The position numbers were made by a program, and so were the translations under genes. Shown piece by piece: positions 47,473-56,930 of a DNA stretch of 64,000 nt. Under the pieces are notes generated by a model that worked only from the letters and a program-made list of their open reading frames with translations, searched no databases and was not told the origin of the DNA. Origin of the DNA: Candidatus Latescibacterota bacterium (GTDB taxonomy: Bacteria > Latescibacterota > UBA2968 > UBA8231); the NCBI GenBank assembly GCA_965203175.1, contig OZ241867.1:1088001-1152000 (forward strand), written 5' to 3'. Numbering within the stretch: position 1 is the stretch's first letter; each line of letters opens with the position of its first letter.

Positions 47473-48462
47473 ATGCCCCAACTAACCCCATCCCAACTCG
47501 ACCACTATCGCGAACGCGGCTTCGTCCTCGTCGAAGACCTCCTCGACCCCATCACCGACATTGATCCCGTCTTAGCCGAATACGACGAAGTCCTCGACAA
47601 GCTCGCCGACGAGCTTGTCGCCGCAGGTCAGATCGCCTCTACATACGACGACCTCGGCTTTGACGAGCGCCTCTGCCAGATCTACAACGAAACCGGCCAA
47701 GTTTACGCCCAGCACTTCGACATCTCGCTGCCCCAGGGCGGCATTGGCCCGGACTCGCGCATCGCCGTTGGCCCCGCCGCCTTCGCCATGCTGCGCAACG
47801 AAAAGCTCCTCGACATCATCGAAGACCTCATCGGCCCGGAAATCTACTCCAACCCCGTCCAACACATCCGCATCAAACCGCCCGAGCAGTACTTGCCCGG
47901 TGTCCCCAAAGACCACCACGGCCGCATTGCCGGCTTCGCCGTGGGTGCCACGCCCTGGCACCAAGACAATGGCGTGGTTTTGCCCGAGGCCGACGAGACC
48001 GACATGCTCACCGTGTGGGTGCCGCTGACCAATGCCTTTCGCGAGCACGGCTGCATCGAAGTTGTCGCTGGCAGCCACCGCGACGGGCTGTTGCACCACT
48101 GCCAGTTCAAAGGCGTCGGCCACTTTATCCGCGACCAAGACCTAGCTCTCGACCGCGTCGTCACCGCCGAACTCAAGCGCGGCGATGTGCTCTTCATGCA
48201 CCGGCGGACCTGCCATTCGTCGCTGCCCAACGTCAGCGAGCAGGTGCGAATTAGCTTCGACCTCCGCTACAGCCCCACCGGCCAGCCCACCGGCCGACCG
48301 CTCTTTCCCGGCTTCGTCGCCCGCAGCCGCAAAGATCCCCACAGCGAATTGCGCGACCCAGAAGCTTGGGCCCAATCGTGGTACGACGCGCGAGAAAAAT
48401 TGTCCGACAAGAACTTGCCCTCTTTCAATCGCTGGCCATCCGAAGACCCCACCTGCGCCTGA
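47473..48462 (+). CDS. PhyH family Fe/2OG oxygenase
   Basis: TPWHQD, VVAGSH, TCHSS, RISFDLRY. Confidence 0.88.
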   Translation: MPQLTPSQLDHYRERGFVLVEDLLDPITDIDPVLAEYDEVLDKLADELVAAGQIASTYDDLGFDERLCQIYNETGQVYAQHFDISLPQGGIGPDSRIAVGPAAFAMLRNEKLLDIIEDLIGPEIYSNPVQHIRIKPPEQYLPGVPKDHHGRIAGFAVGATPWHQDNGVVLPEADETDMLTVWVPLTNAFREHGCIEVVAGSHRDGLLHHCQFKGVGHFIRDQDLALDRVVTAELKRGDVLFMHRRTCHSSLPNVSEQVRISFDLRYSPTGQPTGRPLFPGFVARSRKDPHSELRDPEAWAQSWYDAREKLSDKNLPSFNRWPSEDPTCA

Positions 48463-48467
48463 ACGCT

Positions 48468-49322
48468 ATGGTCGAACTGGAATTGAGCACGGCCGAACAC
48501 AGCGCGCGCAAGCTAAAACCAGAGCACCTGCAACAAGCCGTCGCCGCCTTGCACGACGATGGCTTCGTCGTCCTCCACCGCGCCATTGATCTCGCGCATA
48601 TCGAACTGCTGCGCGAGCGCATGCTCGCCGACGTCGAAGAAATCCTCGCCCTCGCCGACGTTCCCTATCAGTTCAACGACGGCCACCTGCAACAGGACCC
48701 ACCGCCTTTTCCGCCGTACCTCTTCCGCGACGTGCTAGTCAACGACCTCGTCGTCGAAATAACGCACGCTGTGCTCGGCGAGGGCGTCAAAAACGCCTTC
48801 TACAGCGGCAACACCTGTCTGCCCAACACCACTCAACAACCCCTCCACGTTGACGCCGGTCAACTCTGGCCCAATCTCGCGGTGGCGACGCCGGCCTACG
48901 GCATTGTCGTCAACGTGCCCGTCGTCGATGCCACGCCCGAAAACGGCAGCACCGAACTGTGGCCCGGCACCCACCTAGACACCACCCGCGCCCTCAACGA
49001 CAGCGACATCAAGCTGCCGCCCGCAATCGAAGAGCGCCTCCGCGCCGAGTGCAAACCCCTGCAGCCGAGCGTGCCCGCCGGCAGCGTGCTCGTCCGCGAC
49101 ATGCGCCTCTGGCATCGCGGCGTGCCCAACCTCACCGACCAGCCCCGCCCGATGATCGCCATGATCCACTGGGCGCATTGGTGGCACACGAAAAAGCCGC
49201 TGTTGTTTCCCAAGGGGACGGAAGAGTTGTTCGCAGATAGTGCGTTGGAAACGGTAGCAGAATTTGTCGATGAGCCGATTGATTACATCAGCCGCAATCG
49301 AAAGTACGATTACTCCGGGTAG
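48468..49322 (+). CDS. PhyH family Fe/2OG oxygenase
   Basis: QPLHVD, NGSTELWPGTH, LWHRG. Confidence 0.88.
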   Translation: MVELELSTAEHSARKLKPEHLQQAVAALHDDGFVVLHRAIDLAHIELLRERMLADVEEILALADVPYQFNDGHLQQDPPPFPPYLFRDVLVNDLVVEITHAVLGEGVKNAFYSGNTCLPNTTQQPLHVDAGQLWPNLAVATPAYGIVVNVPVVDATPENGSTELWPGTHLDTTRALNDSDIKLPPAIEERLRAECKPLQPSVPAGSVLVRDMRLWHRGVPNLTDQPRPMIAMIHWAHWWHTKKPLLFPKGTEELFADSALETVAEFVDEPIDYISRNRKYDYSG

Positions 49323-49323
49323 G

Positions 49324-49398
49324 CCAATCGACTACATCAGCCGCAATCGGAGCCGGCCGGCCCCAGCATTGGGGCCGCAGTACGATTATTCCGAGTAG
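49324..49398. repeat. Diverged duplicate of the preceding gene's 3' end, interrupted by a GC palindrome
   Basis: Repeats 49275-49322; insert contains CGGCCCCA-GCAT-TGGGGCCG. Confidence 0.75.
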
Positions 49399-49404
49399 GG
49401 CTGC

Positions 49405-50715
49405 TCATGGCACCAGCCGCCGGCACTCCAAGTAGTAGCGCTTCTCCGCAGCCTCGCCCAGCGAAAACGTCTTGCGCGGCGCAGCCCCGTCTATGACGAT
49501 CGTCTTGAACAAATCGCGCTTGTCCATGGTCGGCAGGAAAAAGCCAATGCTGTCCGGCTCCGCAGCCAGTTGCTCTAGCACGTCCTCGCCGTGGATATAG
49601 TCGAGACGAGCGCGGGGATGCGCGTCGAGATAGCGGTCCAAAAAGGCTTGTAAGGACGCTACTTCGAGCTGGAAGCTAGGCTCGGCGATGCTCAACAAGC
49701 CGCGTACGGTTCCGCTTATATAGGGAATGTGGTGCCCCGAACCGACGGTGGCTTCGCGACAGGCAGCCTCCCACCCGTCCCGATCAGTAAAGGTCCGACG
49801 ACTGAATCCACTCCCTGTACAATGCGCCTCCATCGCCCGCAAGAGATCGGCCTCATCTACGCCAAAAACCACCCGGTGGATTGGCGCAAACTCCAGCCCC
49901 TTGTCGTGGACATTGACTAGTTCGGCCAAGGCGTAGCGCGCCGGGTGATTCATTATCTGGCGTTCGTCCTCTGCTTCTGCCTTGAGTCGCTCCCAGACGG
50001 CGCGCGCCGTGGCGAAAGAGTGGTTGCCGTCGCCCATCGCGTAGATCAGCGGCGGCTCGCCGCACGCAAGGCGGGCAATATGCCCGGCGATTTCGTCAAT
50101 CAGCACTCCGTCGTCGAGGTGCCAGCCTCTAAGCCTGCCACCTCCCAGCATCAGCTCGAAATCGTAGGCTAGTTTCAGGTCTTTTTCACCAAGCGACTCA
50201 ATCACCGTCTGCTGCGGATCGTCGATCAGCACCATGATGTGCGGGATTTCCAGCGACGCCTGCTCCCGCACTTGGATCCTCGGGGGCAGCCGACTCTGAT
50301 CCGTGCCCTCGGTCGTGCGGATTAGCTTCTGCGCTCCGTCCCGATAGTCGTACTGTTCCAAATCCAAGGCGACGACCAGCCCCTTGCGCGGCACAGCGCG
50401 CCCTACCTCCCGCTCTATCAGCATAAACCCAGGCCGCTGTTTCGCCAGTACGCCGCTTTTGAGATACGCCTGCATCCGCTGGTTAATGCCAGCAATGGTC
50501 TGTTCGCGGCAAGTCTCCCCTAAGTATGCCTCGGGAAAAACCAGATGTAGCGTCGAAGGATCGTTCCCGACAAGCCGCCGCACTTGCTCCCAGTACTCGG
50601 GCTGTGAAGTGTACTGGTCACAGGCAATGACCGACCACGTTCCGAGGGAAATGCCCGCCCTCGGCAAGAGCAGGGACGGCACGTGCAGGGCGATCTCGGG
50701 ATAGTGTAGCTGCAT
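49405..50715 (-). CDS. DUF1015 family protein
   Basis: WSVIACDQYTS, GDGNHSFATA, PRKTFS. Confidence 0.85.
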   Translation of the reverse strand: MQLHYPEIALHVPSLLLPRAGISLGTWSVIACDQYTSQPEYWEQVRRLVGNDPSTLHLVFPEAYLGETCREQTIAGINQRMQAYLKSGVLAKQRPGFMLIEREVGRAVPRKGLVVALDLEQYDYRDGAQKLIRTTEGTDQSRLPPRIQVREQASLEIPHIMVLIDDPQQTVIESLGEKDLKLAYDFELMLGGGRLRGWHLDDGVLIDEIAGHIARLACGEPPLIYAMGDGNHSFATARAVWERLKAEAEDERQIMNHPARYALAELVNVHDKGLEFAPIHRVVFGVDEADLLRAMEAHCTGSGFSRRTFTDRDGWEAACREATVGSGHHIPYISGTVRGLLSIAEPSFQLEVASLQAFLDRYLDAHPRARLDYIHGEDVLEQLAAEPDSIGFFLPTMDKRDLFKTIVIDGAAPRKTFSLGEAAEKRYYLECRRLVP

Positions 50716-50722
50716 GGGCCGA

Positions 50723-51550
50723 TTAACCGAGCAACGGTCTGACCCAAGTCGGAAAAATCGGGAATATCTCCTCGGGCTCCGCTAGTTCGGCGTGCCAGCG
50801 CTTCTCGTGCTCAAACATGAGCCAGCCGTCGTACCCGTGCCCCTTGAGCAGGGCTATCGCCTCCTCTAAGGGCAACTGGCCCGCGCCCGGCGGCACGTAG
50901 CGCCAACCGTCCCTCATCGCCTCGGCGTGCTCGGGATCGTAGACGGCGTCTTTGACGTGGGTATAACCGATGCGCGGCCCCACGGCCTGATAGGTCTGCT
51001 CCGGCGACTCCTCGCCCACCCGCGCCGTATGGCCCATGTCCCAGAGCACGCCGAACGCCTCGTTGGGAATGCGGTCGAGCAGCAGCTTGCACTCCACCGA
51101 CTTGATCCACTCGTCGTGGGTCTCAAAAAGCCACCTGAGCTCGCAGGCTCCATCCAATGCGAGGATCTGTTCCATCGTCTCCCGCCCAATGTCAGCTAGC
51201 TGTTCCTTGGAATAGGTCTTAGAATCGCCGCCGCCAAAAACCCGGATGGAGCCGCAGCCCAACGCATTGGCCACTGGGATCGAGCGCCGCGCCTCCTCTA
51301 CGTTCTCCTCTAACTTCTCCGGTACGCAAACTCGGATGCTGGAGCTAATTCCCGACACCTCCATGCCGGCGTCTGCTAGCTGTCGTCGGGTCTGGGCGAC
51401 TCCACTGGTGAAGGCCGGTAACAGGGTAATGTCCATCGTCTCCTGCAACCCGCGGAAATCGACGCCTTCGTAGCCGTATTCGCGGCCCCGGCGGCAAATG
51501 GTATCCAAGTCCCAGTCTGGACAGCCCAACGTCGTAAAACTGATTTTCAT
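50723..51550 (-). CDS. Sugar phosphate isomerase/epimerase
   Basis: FTTLGCPDW, ETHD, WDMGH, HVKD, FEHE. Confidence 0.88.
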   Translation of the reverse strand: MKISFTTLGCPDWDLDTICRRGREYGYEGVDFRGLQETMDITLLPAFTSGVAQTRRQLADAGMEVSGISSSIRVCVPEKLEENVEEARRSIPVANALGCGSIRVFGGGDSKTYSKEQLADIGRETMEQILALDGACELRWLFETHDEWIKSVECKLLLDRIPNEAFGVLWDMGHTARVGEESPEQTYQAVGPRIGYTHVKDAVYDPEHAEAMRDGWRYVPPGAGQLPLEEAIALLKGHGYDGWLMFEHEKRWHAELAEPEEIFPIFPTWVRPLLG

Positions 51551-52272
51551 GGCATCTCTCCGTATCCGTTTTCGTCCATGGCATCCCTAAAAAAGTCAAA
51601 CATGTGCTGCTCTTGGTCCGTTTTCCACCGCCCAATCGACTCCGGCCGTACCACGATCCGGCCCAACTCAAACCCCAAAAATGCCTCCAGTTCCCGCAAC
51701 ACCTCTTCCTGCTTCAGCACGAAATCCTCGAACCGCACCAACATCCACTTCTTTGGTTTGGGCGTGGCCTTCATCAGCTCGTATTGGTATTTCCACGAAA
51801 TGGCCCGCCGCCTCCGAATATCGTCCGTGCGCTCGTACTCGACGCCGAAATCCGCTAGGTCATCGGTCTTGTGAGCGCCGATGATGCTGTCGCGCGGGTC
51901 GCGGATCCAGTGAATGTAGTGGATGTCGGGAAACATCCGCACAATCCACGGATAAATCAACGTCGTCTCCGGCAGCTTCCAACCCTTGTGCTCCGAGCGG
52001 TCGGCCGCAACGTCTCGCAGATATTCGCCGATCAAGTCCTCGAATTCCGGGTCGATTTTTGCGCCGTGCAAATCGTCGAAATCCCACTCCAAACCGCCCT
52101 TCCACTTGACGTATTTGGCCATGACCCGACAGGCGTCGTAGAGCGCGTGGGGCGGCACCTTGTCGCCCGAGCGATTGAGCGTGCTGCCCATAAAAACGCC
52201 GCTGGCATAGAGCGTGTGTGCTATGGCGCGCGTGCCCGAGTGGCCGCGGCCAATGACGGTGATTGTCGCCAT
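51547..52272 (-). CDS. Sulfotransferase family protein
   Basis: GRGHSGT PAPS loop, GWKLP, IRDPRDS, RFED. Confidence 0.82.
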   Translation of the reverse strand: MATITVIGRGHSGTRAIAHTLYASGVFMGSTLNRSGDKVPPHALYDACRVMAKYVKWKGGLEWDFDDLHGAKIDPEFEDLIGEYLRDVAADRSEHKGWKLPETTLIYPWIVRMFPDIHYIHWIRDPRDSIIGAHKTDDLADFGVEYERTDDIRRRRAISWKYQYELMKATPKPKKWMLVRFEDFVLKQEEVLRELEAFLGFELGRIVVRPESIGRWKTDQEQHMFDFFRDAMDENGYGEMP

Positions 52273-52322
52273 ACCTGTTCCTCTGAGTAGGAAATAAATT
52301 GTTGGCCTCAAGGGGCACAACA

Positions 52323-52382
52323 GGATAAATTACCTTGTAATAATACATTTTAAGTGGATAAATTGCCTTGTAATAATACATT
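52323..52382. repeat. 27-bp direct repeat, period 33, in divergent promoter region
   Basis: GGATAAATT(A/G)CCTTGTAATAATACATT x2. Confidence 0.85.
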
Positions 52383-53697
52383 GAACCGCCTAATCGACAA
52401 CAAGCTCAGCACTTGGAAAAACCGCCCGCGACGCAAGCCGCTCATCGTGCGCGGGGCGCGTCAAGTGGGAAAAACGCATTCTATCTGTGCCTTTGGCAAG
52501 CGCGAATTCGTCCGTACAGCCGTCTTTGATTTCGAGATGGACCGAAACCTGCATCGCATCTTCGCCGAGGACCTCCGCGCCGAAGCAGTGCTGATGCAAC
52601 TGGAGGCCGAGGCGGGCATGCGGATCCTTCCCGGCGAGACGCTGTTGTTTTTTGACGAGATCCAAGCCTGTCCCCGAGCACTTATGGCCCTGCGCTACCT
52701 CTACGAGCAAATGCCAGAACTGCACGTGGTAGCGGCTGGTTCACTGCTGGAATTTGCTCTAGAGGCAATCTCTTTTCCAGTCGGCCGCGTCGAGTTTGAA
52801 TGGATGCGGCCCATGTCTTTTGCCGAGTTTCTCATGGCGCAAGGCGAGGAGATTCTGTGTGCGCATCTGCCCGCGCTGGACGCTCGCTCGCCCGTGCCAA
52901 CGGCTATCCACGAGAAATTGCTCGGTTATCTGCGCCTGTACTTCGCGGTCGGAGGTATGCCCGAAGCGGTGCGTGCCTTCGCCGAGACGCGCTCAGTGGC
53001 CGCAGCGGCCGAGGTGCATCGGGCGCTCTGTGGTGCCTATACCCAAGACTTCGCCAAGTACAGCCCGCGCTTGGACCGGGATTGCTTGGACCGAATTTTC
53101 GCCGAACTGCCCGGTCGCGTCGGCCAACAAACCAAGTACCAAGCCCTTTATCCCGAAAAGCGCATTGAGACGATCAAGCGCTGCCTACAGGTGCTCGAAC
53201 AGGCTTCTGTCATCCAGAAGGTACGCGCAACAGCGGCATCGGGGTGCCCCCTTGGTGCAGGCGTCGCGGACAAAGTGTTCAAGTACCTCTTTCTCGACAT
53301 CGGTATGGCACAACACCTCTGCGGCGCAGCGCCTAGGGAGATATTGCAAGAAAGGGACTTGCTCAAAACGTGGCGCGGGGCACTGGCCGAACAGTTCGTC
53401 GGCCAAGAATTGCTGGCGCAGCGCGGCGGCTCGGAGAATGGCCGACTTTACTATTGGGCGCGAACAAAAAAGAGCAGCAGCGCAGAAGTGGATTACGTAT
53501 TGGTAGATGATAGCGGAAAAATAGTGCCATTGGAAGTCAAGAGTGGGCCAGCGGGCCGCTTGCGAAGTATGCACCTCTTTCTACAGGAACACGAAAGCGC
53601 CGATATCGGTTTGGTGTTTTCAACGGCCAATGTATCGGTCCTTCCCGAACAAAAGCTCGTTTTTTTACCTCTCTATGCGCTCTTTGGCCATAGCTAA
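52381..53697 (+). CDS. AAA+ ATPase with DUF4143 (C-terminal PD-(D/E)xK-like) domain
   Basis: GARQVGKT, FFDEIQ, GGMPE, EVDYV...LEVKSG; start uncertain. Confidence 0.88.
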   Translation: MNRLIDNKLSTWKNRPRRKPLIVRGARQVGKTHSICAFGKREFVRTAVFDFEMDRNLHRIFAEDLRAEAVLMQLEAEAGMRILPGETLLFFDEIQACPRALMALRYLYEQMPELHVVAAGSLLEFALEAISFPVGRVEFEWMRPMSFAEFLMAQGEEILCAHLPALDARSPVPTAIHEKLLGYLRLYFAVGGMPEAVRAFAETRSVAAAAEVHRALCGAYTQDFAKYSPRLDRDCLDRIFAELPGRVGQQTKYQALYPEKRIETIKRCLQVLEQASVIQKVRATAASGCPLGAGVADKVFKYLFLDIGMAQHLCGAAPREILQERDLLKTWRGALAEQFVGQELLAQRGGSENGRLYYWARTKKSSSAEVDYVLVDDSGKIVPLEVKSGPAGRLRSMHLFLQEHESADIGLVFSTANVSVLPEQKLVFLPLYALFGHS

Positions 53698-53780
53698 GCC
53701 TTGCTGAGGGAAGTGCTATGACAAAAGCCGATCAAGACAAAGGCTTGTCGTACTAGCGGTTTCTCGCAAATACGGCCTCG

Positions 53781-54998
53781 TCAATAGTAAAAACTCATCT
53801 GCACCAACCCACTCTTCGCCCCTCCACCGTACTCGCTTCGCAAGACCGCTCCGCTCGGCCGCTCCCCATAGGGCCAGTACGCGCTAGCCGCTAGCGTCAG
53901 CGCGTCGGAGAAAATCCACGTCACCACGCCCGTTAGCACCCCGGAGCCATCTATTGGCGAGAAGAGCCAACCCAGCGTCCTCGGCACGGTGCCGGTGATT
54001 CCCTGCGATAGCTGCACGGCTCCGGCGTGCCGCCCCAAAATCTGCGCGTCTCCTTGGATCAGCCGCGCCCAGTAAGGAGCCGCAGCTAGCTCGGCAATGT
54101 CGCTGACGCCAAAGCCCGAGAAGTGATATTCGCCCACGAGCAATAAGCCGCCCTGAGTGTCCCACGCGTACGAACCGCCCAAAAGCGCCTTGAGGACCAC
54201 CTCACCCCCTTCTGTAGCGGGCGTCTTGAACGACGCCAGTTCGCCGTGCGTCTCAGCGCCCCTGATCCGCATGGATGCGGCTGTGCCGACAAAGCGGTCG
54301 CCGCGGCGACGCCCCAGCAGCAATTCTCCGTCGAGCGCGCCACTGTGGCCGTAGAACCGCCCGACAAAGGCCGATTCGTCAACCGACTCGCCGCAGGCTG
54401 CTACCGCGTCCAGCGAAAAGCGATCCGCAAGCGGCACGGAAACGCGCAGCGCGTCCACGCCGCGCCGCCATTCGCGATCGCTTTCTAAGGGATTGAACGG
54501 CGCGAAAATATCCACCGCGCCAAAGAGCACGCCGCGCCCCCACCCAATAGCTTGGCGGCCGATTTGCAGCTCGCCACGCCCCAAGCGCCAAGCGACAAAC
54601 GCGCGGTCTAGCTCGTGCCGATAGGCCGCGTTTTCACCTGTAGCCAGCGCATCATCGAGCTGTCTGAGCCGATACGATGCGCGGCTTTCCGGCACCAAGA
54701 TACCTTCGCCCCCACCAACGCCAGCACCCGTGGACACCGCCCACACCCGTTGCTCGTAGGCCAAGCGCACGTGCAGATCCGCCGCGGCTTGGCCCCGCAG
54801 CGCCAGCCGTCCTCTCCCGAGTGCGGCTGCGCTCCAGCGCTTGGGGTACAGCAGCGGCGCGTCGGGTGCGTGCGACGAGAGCGCGGTCCATTTCAGCGCA
54901 GCATCCAGCGCCCAGTAGCGACTCCCGTCAGCACTCGACCACAGGCTGACGCCAAACGCGGGCTGCGCCGCCAAGAGAACCGCTAGTGTCAGCCGCAT
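53781..54998 (-). CDS. Putative outer-membrane beta-barrel partner of ABC system
   Basis: Signal peptide, LDRA...IGRQAIGWG, C-terminal aromatic residues. Confidence 0.65.
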   Translation of the reverse strand: MRLTLAVLLAAQPAFGVSLWSSADGSRYWALDAALKWTALSSHAPDAPLLYPKRWSAAALGRGRLALRGQAAADLHVRLAYEQRVWAVSTGAGVGGGEGILVPESRASYRLRQLDDALATGENAAYRHELDRAFVAWRLGRGELQIGRQAIGWGRGVLFGAVDIFAPFNPLESDREWRRGVDALRVSVPLADRFSLDAVAACGESVDESAFVGRFYGHSGALDGELLLGRRRGDRFVGTAASMRIRGAETHGELASFKTPATEGGEVVLKALLGGSYAWDTQGGLLLVGEYHFSGFGVSDIAELAAAPYWARLIQGDAQILGRHAGAVQLSQGITGTVPRTLGWLFSPIDGSGVLTGVVTWIFSDALTLAASAYWPYGERPSGAVLRSEYGGGAKSGLVQMSFYY

Positions 54999-55699
54999 GT
55001 ATCCTTGCGCTCGTCGCTCAGCACCTCGCCATCGCGCAAAGTAACCACCCGCGAGGCATACGAAACCACCAAGGGGTCGTGCGTCGAAAAGACAAAGGTC
55101 ATGCCCATCTCGTCGCGGAGCCGCCGCATCATCTCCAAGAGAGCCTGCGCGTTGTCGCTGTCGAGGTTGGCCGTCGGCTCGTCGGCGAGCACCAAGCCCG
55201 GCCGCGAGGCCACGGCCCGCGCCACAGCCACTCGCTGCTGCTGGCCGCCCGACATCTGGCTGGGCCGCCGGTTGGCTAGCTCGCCTAGCCCCAACTCAGC
55301 CAGCGTCTCCTCGGCTCGCGCCCGCCGCTTTTTGGGGTCCATGCCCTGCAACTCTAGCACGAACTCCACGTTCTCGCGCGCCGTCAACACCGGTACTAGA
55401 TTGTAGGCTTGGAACACAAAGCCCAAGGATCGGAGCCGCAGTTCGGCCCGCTCGCTGCGGCTTAGCGCCCCCAAGTCGCGGTCAAAAAGAACAATGCGTC
55501 CGTCGGTAGGCACGTCGAGTGCGCCGATTAGATTGAGCAACGTCGTCTTGCCGCTGCCGCTCGGCCCGACGATGGCCATGAACTCCCCGCTGCCGATTTC
55601 GAGGTCTATGCCGCGCAGGGCCTCCACGGCAATATCGCCCGTCCGAAAGACCTTTTTCACGCGTTGGGCCGCGATCAGAACTCCATCCATATCACGCAT
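54989..55699 (-). CDS. LolD/MacB-type ABC ATPase
   Basis: GPSGSGKT, MSGGQQQR, LADEPT, STHD. Confidence 0.93.
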   Translation of the reverse strand: MRDMDGVLIAAQRVKKVFRTGDIAVEALRGIDLEIGSGEFMAIVGPSGSGKTTLLNLIGALDVPTDGRIVLFDRDLGALSRSERAELRLRSLGFVFQAYNLVPVLTARENVEFVLELQGMDPKKRRARAEETLAELGLGELANRRPSQMSGGQQQRVAVARAVASRPGLVLADEPTANLDSDNAQALLEMMRRLRDEMGMTFVFSTHDPLVVSYASRVVTLRDGEVLSDERKDTCG

Positions 55700-56930
55700 C
55701 CCGCTGGCTCAAGGCCGCCGCTGGATCCAAGCGCGTGGCAGACCAAGCCGGATAAAGCGCGGCCAAAAGCGTCGCACAAAGCCCCAAGCCAAAGGCGTAG
55801 GGCAGCATCCACAGCCCCATGTCCGCGTAGATTATCGGGTCGAAGAAAACGCCCATGACCGTCATATCGTCGCCCATCATCGCGGAAAAATCAATCCCCG
55901 CGGTCGCCGTGTGCCAAACGAGCGGCAGCGCGAGCAACAGTCCCAAGAGCGCCCCGAGCACGCCCATGAACACGGCCTCGAAAAGCACCAAGCCCACGAG
56001 CTTGCGTTCTCCTAATCCCAGCGCCATCAGCACGGCAAATTCGCGCCTCCTTTCCAGCATAGCCGTCAGTTGGGCGCTCGTCACGCCCAAAATCACCACC
56101 GCAGCCACAACTACAATGAAAAAGTTGGAAAAGGCCCGGTCGGCCGCCGCATCGCCGCTCATCCCCGGCAGGACCTCGCGCCACGTGAGCACTTCGTCGC
56201 CCTGCACCCGCTGCGCCAGCTCGGCTGAGAGCGCGTCCACCTGTTGCGGGTCCGCAAAGGCCACTGACACCTCGGCCACGCCCTGCAGGCCCGTCAGCTT
56301 CTCGACATCGGCGAGCATCGCGTGGCAGATGGTCTCGTCAATCGTCCGACTGCCAGTAGACGCGATTCCGACGATCCGCAACATCGCGTACTCCATCTCC
56401 CCGTCGGCGCGCGTCAGCGTCAACAGCAAATCATCCCCCAACTCTACGTCCAAGCGCTCGGCGAGGGCCTTGCCGACGACCACTGCGCCCTCGTCCCCTG
56501 CTCGCAAATAACGCCCCTCGTCGATGATGCGCACCAGTCTGTTGAGCTGCGGCTCGGCGGCTGGATCCACGCCCAAAAGCTGGACGCCGGCCACCCGCGT
56601 GCCAAAGGCCAACAGGCCCTGCACCCGCACGTGGGCAGCCACTACGGCAACGCCTTCGAGGCCGCGCGCGGCTTCGAGCGCAGCCGCTGAGTCCTGCAAG
56701 CGCAACTCGTCGCGCCTGCTCTGCTCCCATCCTGCGGGCGCGATCCGCAGGTGGCCGTACCCGCTTTGGGAAACGGCCTGCACCCGCATGGTTTGACCGC
56801 CGCGCATAAAGGCCGTGGCAAACAGCGCAATGGCGCATCCCAGCCCCACGCCCAAGACGGACAGGCCCGTCCGGCGGCGACTGCGCCCCAACGAGCGCAA
56901 GGCGTATTGGATCGACAGGTTTCCGCTCAC
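55692..56930 (-). CDS. FtsX-like ABC permease (LolC/E-like)
   Basis: 4-TM layout with large periplasmic domain, ERRREFAVLMALG. Confidence 0.88.
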   Translation of the reverse strand: MSGNLSIQYALRSLGRSRRRTGLSVLGVGLGCAIALFATAFMRGGQTMRVQAVSQSGYGHLRIAPAGWEQSRRDELRLQDSAAALEAARGLEGVAVVAAHVRVQGLLAFGTRVAGVQLLGVDPAAEPQLNRLVRIIDEGRYLRAGDEGAVVVGKALAERLDVELGDDLLLTLTRADGEMEYAMLRIVGIASTGSRTIDETICHAMLADVEKLTGLQGVAEVSVAFADPQQVDALSAELAQRVQGDEVLTWREVLPGMSGDAAADRAFSNFFIVVVAAVVILGVTSAQLTAMLERRREFAVLMALGLGERKLVGLVLFEAVFMGVLGALLGLLLALPLVWHTATAGIDFSAMMGDDMTVMGVFFDPIIYADMGLWMLPYAFGLGLCATLLAALYPAWSATRLDPAAALSQRDA

